Translations under genes and position numbers: made by a program | NCBI RefSeq assembly: GCF_052425735.1 | Contig: NC_135762.1 | Span: forward strand, 10,478,001 to 10,542,000 | Length of the DNA stretch: 64,000 nucleotides | Direction of reading: 5' to 3' | Source: Oculina patagonica | Taxonomy: Eukaryota | Notes under the pieces: model-generated | What the model was told of the DNA's origin: nothing | Seen by the model: the letters and a program-made list of their open reading frames with translations, nothing else | The model's database searches: none | In this document: positions 48,730 through 60,535 of the stretch, in pieces | Layout of the letters: every line of letters starts with the position of its first letter | How positions within the stretch are numbered: position 1 is the stretch's first letter

Positions 48730-49785
48730 ATGAACAACTCTACTCTCATCGATCGCATTGAATATCCATCCTGCCCGTACGCCGTTTTTATTTCCATCAC
48801 AACGGCCATGGCTATTATAAGCTCAGCAGCTTTTATTGGTAACATTCTGGTGATTTCCACAGTGTACAAAACGCCAAGCCTTAGAAGAAGCACCAACTTC
48901 TTCTATGTCAATATGGCTGTTTCTGATTTTCTCTCCAGTCTCACCACTTGGCCGTTATACTTCATTGAAGAGATGAGAAAAGGCAGTGAAAGTTTACTCC
49001 TAGGTCCTCTGCCAACTGTTAGTTGCAAAGTAGGACTGTATTTTAGAATTATGTCTTACACAGTTTCGATATTAAGCCTGGTGTTGATCGCTGTCGAAAG
49101 ATTCATCGCTATTGTATTTCCCTTCAAAGCGACGCTGATAACACCAAAAGTAAGAGCAGCTTTGTTGTTTGCAACGTGGTTGATACCGATAGCGCATTGT
49201 ATCCCCCTCCTCTTTTGTTCCACGCTTGAAGAAGTCGGTCCCGAAACATTCTGCAGAGCCGTTGACTGCAATAGTTTGGCGATGTTTATCTACTACACAA
49301 CTTCTGCGGCCATATATACCGTTGTTCCACTGACTGCAATAATCATTTTTTATTCTCGTATTATGCACGCTTTAAAAACAAGACAGCAACCAGAATCAAA
49401 CGATACGAACGATGCTAACTCTCAAGCAAAGAGAAGAACGCAGACTAAAAACGTAATGAAGATATTTAAATCAGTTGTTGTAGCGTACTTCGTTTGTATT
49501 TCTCTTTTTGGCATATATTTGGTTCTCGAAATGACATTACTTAAACTTCATAGCATAGACAAGTGCAAGTTCATTCGAGGTCTTTTTAATTTTCTTCTTC
49601 CATTGCTTAGCACAGCTATTAATCCAGTCATTTTATTTTCACTTAGTACTAATTTTCGAAACGCTTTACAGACGCTTTGTCCTTTTTCACTCGGTAAATG
49701 CTGTTCGTGTTGTCATGTTTCACTGCATCAAGAAAACATTTCCCTACCAGAACTGATAAAATATAGGCAGACCTTATCAAGATAA
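48730..49785 (+). CDS. Class A GPCR group C copy 2, intact (351 aa)
   Basis: MNNST start, GN, NMAVSD, C...ERF, W4.50, FC, NPVILF. Confidence 0.95.
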   Translation: MNNSTLIDRIEYPSCPYAVFISITTAMAIISSAAFIGNILVISTVYKTPSLRRSTNFFYVNMAVSDFLSSLTTWPLYFIEEMRKGSESLLLGPLPTVSCKVGLYFRIMSYTVSILSLVLIAVERFIAIVFPFKATLITPKVRAALLFATWLIPIAHCIPLLFCSTLEEVGPETFCRAVDCNSLAMFIYYTTSAAIYTVVPLTAIIIFYSRIMHALKTRQQPESNDTNDANSQAKRRTQTKNVMKIFKSVVVAYFVCISLFGIYLVLEMTLLKLHSIDKCKFIRGLFNFLLPLLSTAINPVILFSLSTNFRNALQTLCPFSLGKCCSCCHVSLHQENISLPELIKYRQTLSR

Positions 49786-50045
49786 ATGTAAGATTAAGGA
49801 CAAAAAAGAAGGTAAATCGCAAAAACTGAAAGCCCATTAAATGACACTTGAATAACAGAAAAGCTTTTGAAACATTTCACGTGAGTTTCTTCAAAGTATA
49901 ATTATTATAGAAAACGTCTGATCATTGTTATATCCAAATCTCTTGAATTTCGGAATAAAATGTTCCCCAGCACTAATTAAGATGGTCGAATCATAAAAAA
50001 TCGATTTTTAAAGTTTCAAAGGATATAGCTATATATTGTTCATAC

Positions 50046-50354
50046 TAGTTATACAACGCTTTCGAGTGGTATACTATGGAATATCGCACGAGTCACTTGT
50101 ATTTTCTCGGTATACACACGAGCCTTTAGGCGAGTGTGTATACGAAGAAAATACAAGTGACAAGTGGGATATTCCATAGTTTACCACGAGAAAGTGTTGT
50201 GTAACTATTTTATACCATGCCATAGAAAATACGTTTACTTAATTTCATCGAGAATAAGATCGCAGCGCACGATGGGAAGGTTGGGTTGAATACCGTCGAA
50301 TATACAATGGCTTTCCTGTATTCTGATTGGCTGTATTTTCTTTGGCATGGTATA
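50046..50354. mobile_element. Double-hairpin interspersed repeat
   Basis: Hairpin 1: TAGTTATACAAC..GTCACTTGTATTTTCT.GTATACAC / GTGTATAC.AGAAAATACAAGTGAC..GTTGTGTAACTA. Hairpin 2: TTTATACCATGCCA.AGAAAATAC / GTATTTTCT.TGGCATGGTATAAA. Absent from paralogous flanks (~52970, ~60250). Confidence 0.8.
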
Positions 50355-51678
50355 AAGGGTGTTATGAACGTTAAAAACATTATAGCGAAACCATCTGTGT
50401 CCATTAACTTAACACTCTTATTTTTTTGTTTAAACTTCTTTGAGACCAAATAAGCAGTAATTCACCTGAAACAAATAAAAGTTATCTCAGCAAGAGTTTT
50501 TGTCAAATTAGACCACCATTGTAGATGAATTTTACACAAAGAAAGGACTAAAAACAAATAAAAACAACTCCTTTGTCTCTAAATAAGTACATGGACGTTT
50601 CGTTTCCCTTCTGCCATATGATAGTTGCAATCTTTTAACCCCTGCTATTTTTGTCACTAACTCATTTATTTCATTTTCTTTTTTTTCCAAAAATATTTAT
50701 TAGCATACTGGTCTCTTCCTTATTAACTATGTCCTTTAATGTCAACGAATGGCTAATAATACAGCTTGCATTTCTTCTCCGCTTTATTCGTGAACGTTTT
50801 TGAAAAGTTTAATGGGAAAACCATTTGAAAGAACTGTGAATGAAAATCAGAATAACATGTGGATTACAAAGTGGTATGGGATTTTACTTCAGTTATACCA
50901 ATGTGCCACCACAGTGCTGCTTTTATTAAATACAACGCGACTAATTTAACTTCTGCTTCAACACCTTTTACCGGAAAATACGATTGCCCAGAAGGCTTTT
51001 AGGATTTATTCGGCAATATCCATTTTCTATTTAAATTCTCAACCTGGCCAATGTCAAATAGTTAATGCAGGTCAGGGATCGGTGTCAACGTTAAACCAAT
51101 AAATGCCATCGAGCCTTAAAAGCAAGGTGGCACATTATTTGTTCATGGCATGATAAATGTTTCATTTGCAGTGTCCTGCCCGTGAAGTTGCATTAAATTG
51201 GGGCGAGAGCTTTGAATTTCATTGCCTCATGTGCCAATGACAATGTGACGTATATATATGAGCTATTATTGTCAAACTGCGACACGTCCATTAACAGAGG
51301 GTTAAAGAAGAGTCATGAACATATTAATTCTCAAAACAATATCAAAACATTATCCAGCAGACGGGTAATAAGAACAGAAAATCATCAACAAGCGAATATA
51401 TCTTATTAATTTACCGCCAAATACTCAGGTCTAACCTAAATATAAAAAGCGAACAGACTTAATTGATGCCTTTTGTTCAGTTTATTACACGGGAAATGCA
51501 GAACACATTTTAGCCAGCTTTACAGTGATGTCTAGAATTTATTTTGAGTGATCAAAGAAACAACATAGGAATCAGCCAAAATGCATTTTTGTGACGTAAA
51601 ATACCATTGTTCATTGAGATATAGCTGAAGTAGGTTTGATCAAATCCTGAAAACGGAACGTTAACAAGAACCATCACT

Positions 51679-52707
51679 ATGAACAATTCCACTCACACTG
51701 ATCATAATGAATATCCGTTCTGCCCGTACGCCGTCTCTGTTTCTCTCACAACGGCCATGGCTATTCTCAACTCAGCAGCTTTCATTGGCAACATTCTGGT
51801 GATTGCATCAGTGTGCAAAACGCCAAACCTTAGAACAAGCACCAACTTTTACTATGTCAACATGGCGGTTTCTGATTTTCTTGCTAGTTTAACCAGCGGG
51901 CCATTCTACTTTATCGGAGAGAGCAGTAGAAGACTACTCCAAGGCTCTCTAGCAAATCTTGGTTGCAAAGTGGGAGCGTATGTTAGAATGGTGTCTTTTA
52001 CAGTATCCATTCTTAGCATGGTATTGATTGCTGTCGACAGATTAATCGCTACTGTATTTCCCTTGAAAGCGACGCTGATAACGCGTAAAGTAAGAGCGGC
52101 TTTCTTGTTTGCAACGTGGTTGATACCACTGGCACATTCTATCCCTGTTTTCTATCATACCAGGCTTAAAGAAGTCGGCTCCGAAACATTCTGCAGATCA
52201 GTGGGAAATAGTCTTGCGATGGTGATCTACTACATAACCTCTTTAGGTTTATATAACTTTGCACCACTCATTGCAATTATCATCATTTATTCTCGTATTA
52301 TGTATGCTTTAAAAACAAGACAGCAACCAGAAATAAACGATGTGAACGATACTAACTCACGACGAAAAAGAAACAAGCAGACCCAAAACGTTATGAAGAT
52401 CTTTAAGTCAGTTGTCGTAGCGTATTTTGTTTGCCTTAGTCTTTTTGGTGTATATGCCGTATTATTAATGACATTACCTGAATTTCGTAGAATAGACAAG
52501 TGCAAGTTTATTCGAGGTCTTTTTAATTTTCTCCTTCCATTGCTTAGCACAGCTCTTAATCCAGTCATTTTATTTTCATTCAGTACTAATTTTCGTCAAG
52601 CTCTGCAGAAGTTATGTCCTTGTCCACTCGGTAAATGCCGTTCGTGTTGTCATGTCTCTCTGCACCAAAAAAATATTTCCCTACCAGAATTAGTGGCATA
52701 TAAGTAG
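51679..52707 (+). CDS. Class A GPCR group C copy 3, intact (342 aa)
   Basis: Same motifs; DRL in TM3; 3-codon deletion in ECL1. Confidence 0.95.
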   Translation: MNNSTHTDHNEYPFCPYAVSVSLTTAMAILNSAAFIGNILVIASVCKTPNLRTSTNFYYVNMAVSDFLASLTSGPFYFIGESSRRLLQGSLANLGCKVGAYVRMVSFTVSILSMVLIAVDRLIATVFPLKATLITRKVRAAFLFATWLIPLAHSIPVFYHTRLKEVGSETFCRSVGNSLAMVIYYITSLGLYNFAPLIAIIIIYSRIMYALKTRQQPEINDVNDTNSRRKRNKQTQNVMKIFKSVVVAYFVCLSLFGVYAVLLMTLPEFRRIDKCKFIRGLFNFLLPLLSTALNPVILFSFSTNFRQALQKLCPCPLGKCRSCCHVSLHQKNISLPELVAYK

Positions 52708-54387
52708 ACCGTATCTAGATAAATGTAAAGGACGAAATAACGCCGACATAAATGTAAATAACAAAATCAAGAAAAATGTACAGGACGAAAAAACGTTAAG
52801 GACGAAAAACCTCTTAATGGTTAAAACTAAAAATCCATAAAAAAGCAAGAGAAAACAGTTTCATTATTTAAACAAATACAAATTGTGATTTTGATTTTTA
52901 TTCCTCATAAAAAAATAACCTTTTGATCAAACTCTCTTGAATCTCGACAGTTTCAAAAGACAGAGCTACTGTAGGGGACCCGGATTTTAAAAATAAAAAA
53001 TAATAATCAAAGAACGATGAAAACATTATAGCTTAACCATCAGTGTCCATTAACTTCACATTCTTGTTTGGTTGCCTCTCTTGGTTAAAACGTGTTTGAG
53101 AACAAATAAACTGTAAAAACTATCTGAGCAAGTGTTTTTGTCATATTAGAAAACTATTTTAGAAAGATGTGGCAATAAGCATGGTCTTCATGATGAAAGC
53201 TTGTCGAAAGAAATTTTAGGAACCAAAAATCGAGTGTGGATAAATAGGTTATTTTAGGCTAAATTTTACACCGATTGGAATTTTTGCAGCAACCCTCACG
53301 GGGTTTTCACCGTAATATTGCAGAATTTGTTTGACTATCCTTGTAAAGATATTTCCTTTTTTTCATCACGTGGAAGTCATCGAAACGCTTCCAACGCTTA
53401 GAAGCTTATAGTTTTTTTTATCTTTCTTCCCGGAACCTTCTTAACCAAACCAAATATAATTATCGTGAAAACTTCCATTTAAAAGTGATGGGACAAAGAC
53501 CGTTTTTTTTACAAACCTCTTATTGAAACGGTCCCCGAGAAGCATTGGAATACGATTTCTTCCACGTTGTTGAAATTGAGTCTGTTAATGCAGGAGTTCT
53601 ATACGTCAATTGTGCAAAAAAAGCGAGATTGCATTGGAGGCCAGAGTCTTAATTGTTTCGTAATCACTATTCTGCGTGTGCGGTCGCTTCAATACTGAAA
53701 GCAATATTTTTTTTTCCAATCCATTGTCTCATAAATTGCAAGGACAATATCGCATGCAAAGTTTTCATGGGTAGGAGTTCTTTCATTATCCCTATGGGTG
53801 TCACGACACCTGCAACGCTTAGGAGTCAGAAGGCAAATTACACTTTGTTAAAGAAACCCCTCTTGTTAAAAAGGAAAACAGATATTTGCCGTATTCAGTA
53901 TGGATTGCAAATTCAGAGTGCTGGTGGAGTTTCATTATAGTGATTCATTTTTGTATATACTGTTAGTAATTTGACACCACCTGTTCTGAAACCCTTGGAA
54001 AATGCCTTTGTGAATAAGACTATATCATATGGTTTGGCAATTTTCTTTTCCACCAAAACGGTTACTATTGCAATCTTCTAGATACACAAAAAAATAACTT
54101 TTTTCCACCTCAGTACACGTCAAACAGTTAAAAATGTCAACATAAAGAAAAAAGGAGGTCACCACACTAGGAGCAAGAGGGCGCATGATTTTGTTTCAAG
54201 TGTGCTTCGTGTGAGAATACAGAGAATCCTCAAAGGCGAACTTCGCTTGATTCAACACCACATGTTTAGAAATATCTTTAATATAAATGTTTGGCAATCA
54301 GGCAAGGGAAAAAGAAACAAAAAAACAGTAATTGTTATAATTCTTCATTTTGTTATAGTTAAAGGAAGATGGACAGGAACCTTTATC

Positions 54388-54414
54388 ATGAACAACTCCA
54401 CTCACATCGATCCG
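54388..54414 (+). pseudogene. Stub of a deleted group C GPCR (first ~9 codons, MNNSTHIDP)
   Basis: aggaacctttatcATGAACAACTCCACTCACATCGATC matches paralog starts (46020, 48730), then jumps into the upstream module of the next copy. Confidence 0.7.
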
Positions 54415-54596
54415 AGTTAAAATCTTTTGCTTTGAATAGGTGCCACATCTTTTAATTCCCTTGCTTCAAAAGTGCCATTGACAATGTGGCGTATATAGCA
54501 GAAATTATTGTCAAACGGAGACACATCCATTAACCAGGGAGTAACGAAAAGGCATGAACATATTAATTTTCCAAACAATACCAAACTATTTTAATA

Positions 54597-54818
54597 GGGG
54601 AGCAGGGATGGCGCAGTGGTGAGAGCGCTCGCCTCCCACCAATGTGGGTTGAGTTTGTTGTTGGTTCTCTCCTTGCTCCGAGGGTTTTTCTCCGGGTTCT
54701 CCGGTTTTCCTCCCTCCTGAAAAACCAACATTTCCAAATTCCAATTCGACCGGACAGAGGACCCGCATGAGCGCTGATGTGGCTTCCTCTCTAAATGTAG
54801 TAGTTTATTTTTTTATTT
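54597..54818 (+). mobile_element. tRNA-derived SINE with V-domain-like body; B box apparently deleted
   Basis: GGATGGCGCAGTGGTGAGAGCGCTCGCCTCCCACCAATGT head; GGGTTTTTCTCCGGGTTCTCCGGTTTTCCTCCC body; T-rich tail; absent from paralogous upstream modules. Confidence 0.8.
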
Positions 54819-55130
54819 TCCAGCAGACTGGTAAGGAGAACATAGAAAATCGTCACAAGCGAATAGCTTCTTGATTTACTGCCATATTCTCCGATCCTAA
54901 GTCAATAAAAGAGCGAACAGAGTTAATTGACACTTTGTGTTTACATTACACCGAAAACACCCAACACATTTTTAGCCATCTTTACAGCTTGGAGTTATCA
55001 ATTATCATAAAACCTAGACAGAAGAAACAACGAAAAGAAACTTTTTCGACACAAAATATCATTGTTCGTCGAGGGAATGTTGAAGGAGATTGCATCAAAC
55101 CCAAACGGAACGTTTACAAGAACTTTCTCA

Positions 55131-56185
55131 ATGAACAATTCTACTCACATCAATCTTAATGAATATCCGTCCTGCCCGTACGCCGTCTCTATATTCTTCA
55201 CAACTACCATGGCTGTTATCAGCTTAGCAGCTTTCATTGGTAACTTTCTGGTGATTGTCACAGTGTACAAAACTCCAAACCTTAGAACAAGCACCAACTA
55301 CTACTACGTCAACATGGCGGTTTCTGATTTTCTTGCCAGTCTCACCACCTGGCCGCTGTACGTTACTAAAGAGGTCACAACAAGCAGTGGAAGTCTACTC
55401 CAAGGTCCTCTGGCAACTGTTAGTTGCAAAGTAGGAATGTATTTCAGACATGTGTATTTTACAGTATCGGTTTTAAGCTTGGTATTGATTGCTGTCGACA
55501 GATTCATTGCTACTGTATTTCCCTTCAGAGCGACGCTTATAACGGCAAAAGTAAGGGCAGCCTTGCTGTTTGCAACCTGGATGATACCATTAGCGCATTG
55601 CATCCCGCTTTTATATTATTCCAGGCTTGAAGACGTCGGTCCCGGAACATTCTGCAGATTTGGTTGGAATAGTTTGGCGTTGGCGATCTATCACATAACT
55701 TCTGCGGCTATATATAACTTTGCAACACTTGTTGCAATTATTATTATTTATTTTCGTATTATACACGCTTTAAAAACAAGACAACAACAAGAAGTAAACG
55801 ATGCAAACGATAAAAACTCACAGCAAAGAAGAAGCAAGCAGACCCAAAACGTAATGAAGATATTTAAATCAGTTGTGATAACGTATTTTGTTTGCCTTTT
55901 TCTTTCTGGTATATACTTAGTTCTAAAAATGACATTACCTAAACTTCATAGCATAGACAAATGCAACTTAATTCAAGGTTTTCTTCATTTTTTTCTTCCA
56001 TTACTTAGCACAGCTATTAATCCAGTCATTTTGTGTTCATTTAGTACAAATTTTCCGGTCAAGCTCTGCAGAAGCTATGTCCTTTTTCACTCGGTAAATG
56101 CCGTTCGTGTTGTCGTGTTTCACGGCACCAAGAAAATATTTCCCTACCAGAACTAGTGACATATAGGCACACCTTCTCGAGATAA
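55131..56185 (+). pseudogene. Class A GPCR group C copy 4, +2 frameshift just after TM7
   Basis: Start by paralogy is MNNSTH at 55131; AATTTTCCGGTCAAG vs paralog AATTTTCGTCAAG at ~56055; the ancestral tail and stop (56183-56185) are out of frame. All seven TMs are intact, so it may be functional or a sequencing error. Confidence 0.7.
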
Positions 56186-57274
56186 ATAAAACATTAAGGA
56201 CGAGGGCGGAATTATAAACGGTAAAAACTAAAAGCAGATTAGAAAGATAAAAGCACAAAATCTTGTAAAAATGTGTTGCCTTAGAAGCACACGCTCAAGT
56301 TGTTTGAATGTATAAAAAAACTTTAGTTATATCCAAACTAGAATCTTCTCATGGAAGTTTTTTCAAGCACTAGGACTGTAAAAACGTTGAAAATCGATTG
56401 AAGTTATAATTAAACAAATTCGTCGTGTGGGTTCTGTTCAAAGCTTATTACAAACGCCAAAAGAAGCATCCCTTGGCCTTTCGGTGACAATTGCCATAAT
56501 GTGATAGCGACCAAAATTGAACCTTTTGAAACCCTTTCATATAAACACAGCAAAACAGTCTTTGAGAAAAACTTCAGAAAACGGTCGCTTGAACAGTTAA
56601 GTCAGTTTGTGCATCCGCTTTTGGGAAATATAAGGCAAACCAAGCTAACTTTCCATTAATAGACCAGAAAAGGCTCGTTACGAGAGTTGCTTTCAAACAC
56701 AGATGGTCAAAAGCTGACTATACTTTCATTGTAAAAATGATAGTTTTTTTGTCTTCTCTTGAAAATCTTTCCTGTATCTTCTATTATCGCTATGTACCGA
56801 CAGTCATTGCAAACAACTCGCGGCAGTTTCGTTTCTCCGTTATCCTCAAGCACATAGTAAGTTTGTCTCACTTGTTTTTCTTTTCTTCCAGTCTCTGTCA
56901 CGGTTTACGCCTTGGTGTGTTTTCCGTTACGACTACACTAATATGTAATACAACATTACCAATTTGCCATTCTCGGCTCTAGATTATGTTGCTACTTTTT
57001 CTGTATATGCCGCACCCCAACGCTTTTTCATTTTGGACTTTCATTGTCTCCATACAAATACAAACTCTAAATGTTCTAAGATCGTCTTCAAAGATTTCAT
57101 CTTTGTCTCTATTATCGGCAGATTTGTTGCAATGCCAGATTTAATGTTAAAACTTATCTAGCGGTTTTCAACTTTGTTTTCTTTACTGTCAGGCCCAAAA
57201 TTTGTTGAACCAATCACTTTAGGAAAGCGTTTCACGAGCCTTTTGTTTGCAGAAGGTAGACACCACCAGTCGCT

Positions 57275-58111
57275 ATGAACAATTCCACAAACATCAATAA
57301 CGATGATCTCGCTTCTTGTCGGTACGCCGTTTCTATTTTCCTCTCAACGGCCATGGCTATTATCAGCTCAGCAGCTTTCATTGGAAACATTTTGGTGCTT
57401 GTCGCAGTGTACAGAACTCCAAAGCTTAGAAATAGCACAAACCACTACTATGTCAACATGGCGGTTTCTGACTCTCTTGCCAGTCTCGCCACCTGGTTGT
57501 TGTACTTCACTGAAGAGATGATAACGAGAAATGGAAGTCTACCCCAAGGTCCTCTGCCAAATGTTAGCTGCAAAATGGGATTATATTTTAGATTGGGGTC
57601 TTATATAGTATCAAGTTTAAGCCTGGTGTTGATCGCTGTCGACAGATTCATCGCTACTGTATTTCCCTTGAAAGCGGCTCTGATAACGCCAAAAGTAAGA
57701 GCAGCTTTGTTGTTTGCAACGTGGTTGATACCATTAGCACATCTCTTATATTATTCCAGGTTTAAAGAGGACGGTCCCGAAACATTCTGTAATTCTGGGT
57801 GGAATTATAGTTTGGCGATGGTGATCTACTACATAACTTCTGTGGCCATATATAACTTTGCACCACTAATTGTAATTATCGTTATATATTCTCGTATTAT
57901 GCACGCTTTAAAAACAAGACAACAAACAGAATTAAACGATGCAAACGTTACTAACTCTCAACAAAGAAAGAGCAAGCAGACTCAAAGCGTAATGCAGATA
58001 TTTAAATCAGTTGTTATTGCGTATTTTGTTTGCATTTTTCTTGTTGGCATATATTTGGTGCTAGTAATGACATTACAAAATCAACATACTGGAGCAATAA
58101 AACGTAGCTAA
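57275..58111 (+). pseudogene. Class A GPCR group C copy 5, 3'-truncated after TM6
   Basis: Homology ends at ATGACATTAC (~58077); ECL3, TM7 and tail are missing; 4-codon deletion after TM4. Confidence 0.88.
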
Positions 58112-58369
58112 TTATAAACGAATAATCTTCGTTTCATTCGCTTTTATAAAGTTTAAACCACTGTTATTCAAAATGTGATAGTTACATTTGACTACAATAG
58201 TGGGTCGTTAAAACTACCATTTGAATGGGTAAATGTGTAAGTGTGAAAAATGAAGACCACATTAAACGACTTCCTCCCTACGGTTCCCAGGTGATAAACT
58301 TCTTCACATGAAAGAATAGCGACCTTATTCTAGTTAGGTAAACGTTCAAACTGTAAATTGACTCTTCAA

Positions 58370-59130
58370 GTCCGTCGTGTGGGTTCTGTTCAAAGCTAAT
58401 TGCAAACGTCAAACGGAGCATCCCTTTGTGACAATTACTGTGGCACTTGATAGCGACCAAAATAAACCTTTTGAAGTCGATATTAAAAATTTCCATGTAA
58501 ACACACCAAAACATCCTTTGAGAATAACTTCAGAAAACGGTCGCTTGAACATTTAAGTCAGTTTGTGCATCCGTTTTTGGGAAATACAAGGTAAACCAAG
58601 CTAACAATTCATTAAAAGACGAGAGAAGGTTCGTTACGAGAGTTGCTTTCAAACACAGATGGTCAAAAGCTGACTATACCTTCATTGTAATAATATTTTT
58701 TTTTTTGTCTTCTCTTAAAAATCTTTCCTGTATCTTTTAATTTGTTAACGCTATGTACTAACAATCGTTGCAAACAACTCGCGGCTGTTTCGTTTCTCCG
58801 TTATCCTCAAGTACATAGTAAGTTTGTCTAACTTGTTTTTCTTTTCTTCCATTTTCTGTCACGGTTTACGCCTTGGTGTTTTTTCCGTTATGATTACACT
58901 AATATGTAATACAACAATACAATAGCCGCACCCCAACGCTTTGTCATTTTGGACTTTCATTATCTCCATACAAATACAAACTCGAAATCTTCTTACGTCT
59001 TATCTGGTGGTTTCATCGAAGTACAACTTTGTTTTTCTTTACTGTCAGGCCCAAAATTTGTTGAAGCAATCACTTCAGGAAAGCGTTTCGCGAGACTTTT
59101 CTTTGCAGAAGGCAAACACCGCCAGTCGCC
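58370..59130 (+). repeat. Upstream block duplicated from ~56420-57274
   Basis: Long near-identical runs, e.g. cttcagaaaacggtcgcttgaac and cgttacgagagttgctttcaaacacagatggtcaaaagctgactatac. Confidence 0.9.
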
Positions 59131-60183
59131 ATGAACAATTCCACAAACATCAATAACGATGATCTCGCTTCTTGTCCGTACGCAGTTTCTATATTCTTCA
59201 CAACGGCCATGGCTGTTACCAGCTCAGCAGCTTTTATTGGTAACTTTCTGGTGATTGTCACAGTGTACAAAACTCCAAACCTTAGAACAAGCACCAACTA
59301 CTACTACGTCAACATGGCGGTTTCTGATTTTCTTGCCAGTCTCACTACCTGGCCGCTGTACGTTACTAAAGAGGTCACAACAAGCAGTGGAAGTCTACTT
59401 CAAGGTCCTCTGGCAACTATCAGTTGTAAAGGAGGAATGTATTTTAGAATGGTGTCTTATACAGTATCGGTTTTTAGCCTGGTGTTGATCGCTGTTGAGA
59501 GGTTCATCGCTACTGTATTTCCCTTGAAAGTGACGCGGATAACGCGAAAAGTTAAAGCATCTTTGTTGTTTGCAACGTGGATGATACCATTGGCGCATTT
59601 TACGCCTGTCTTCTATTATTCCAGGCTTGAAGAAGTCGGTCCAAAAACATTGTGTAGAACTGGGTGGAAAAGTTTGGCGTTGGTGATCTACTACATAACT
59701 TCTGCAGCCATATATATCTTTGCACCACTGATTGCAATTATCATTATTTATTCTCGTATTATGCACGCTTTAAAAACAAGACAGCAACCAGAATTAAACA
59801 ATGCAAACAGTACTAACTCTCAACAAAAAAGAAGCAAACAGATCCGAAACGTAATGAAAATATTTAAATCAGTTGTTATTGTGTATTTCGTTTGTATTTG
59901 TTCTTCTGGTGTTTATTTCGTTCTTCAAATTACATTACATGACTTCCAAAGACTAGACAAGTGCAGGTTCATTCGAGATGTTTCTACATTTCTTCTACCA
60001 TTGCTTAGCACAGCTATTAATCCAGTCATTTTATTTTCATTAAGTACAAATTTTCGTCAAGCTCTGCAGAAGCTATGCCCTTTTTCACTTGGTAAATGCC
60101 GTTCGTGTTGTCATGTTTCACTACAGCAAGAAAATATTTCCCTGCCAGAATTAGTGACATATAGGCAGACCTCATCGAGATAA
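59131..60183 (+). CDS. Class A GPCR group C copy 6, intact (350 aa)
   Basis: Full 7TM ORF; ERF and NPVILF motifs. Confidence 0.95.
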   Translation: MNNSTNINNDDLASCPYAVSIFFTTAMAVTSSAAFIGNFLVIVTVYKTPNLRTSTNYYYVNMAVSDFLASLTTWPLYVTKEVTTSSGSLLQGPLATISCKGGMYFRMVSYTVSVFSLVLIAVERFIATVFPLKVTRITRKVKASLLFATWMIPLAHFTPVFYYSRLEEVGPKTLCRTGWKSLALVIYYITSAAIYIFAPLIAIIIIYSRIMHALKTRQQPELNNANSTNSQQKRSKQIRNVMKIFKSVVIVYFVCICSSGVYFVLQITLHDFQRLDKCRFIRDVSTFLLPLLSTAINPVILFSLSTNFRQALQKLCPFSLGKCRSCCHVSLQQENISLPELVTYRQTSSR

Positions 60184-60535
60184 ATGAAACATTAAGGACA
60201 TTAATTCAAGCATGGAATATCGATTGAAGTTTCACAGGATACAGCTTTTGTAGGGGATTTCTTCAATAAAAAATCATTATCAAAGAACGATGTAAACATT
60301 ATAGCTTAACCATCAGTGTGCCTTTACTTCACGTTCTTAATCTTCTCTTTGTTCAAACGTCTTCAAGAAGAATGAAGTAAGTTGTAGTTCACCTGAAAGA
60401 ACGAAAACTTATCTCGACAAGTGTTTTGACATATAGACCACTATGTTACATAGATCTCGCAAAAAAAGAAGGACTAAATTGGACTTAAAAGAACTTGTCC
60501 TTTGATTACGATTTTTGCCTTCCCTAAATTAAGTA

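Noticed and set aside
55062-55130. N-terminal extension of GPCR copy 4 in the ORF track
   Set aside because: Paralogs all start at MNNST (55131); the extension corresponds to 5' UTR.
55131-59131. Exact 4000-bp spacing between the starts of copies 4 and 6
   Set aside because: Other spacings in the array are irregular; treated as coincidence.
14201-59766. Antisense or alternate-frame ORFs overlapping GPCRs (e.g. 14201-14458, 22560-22838, 34013-34297, 49072-49368, 55304-55603, 59395-59766)
   Set aside because: Shadow ORFs; their recurrence simply reflects paralogy of the sense genes.
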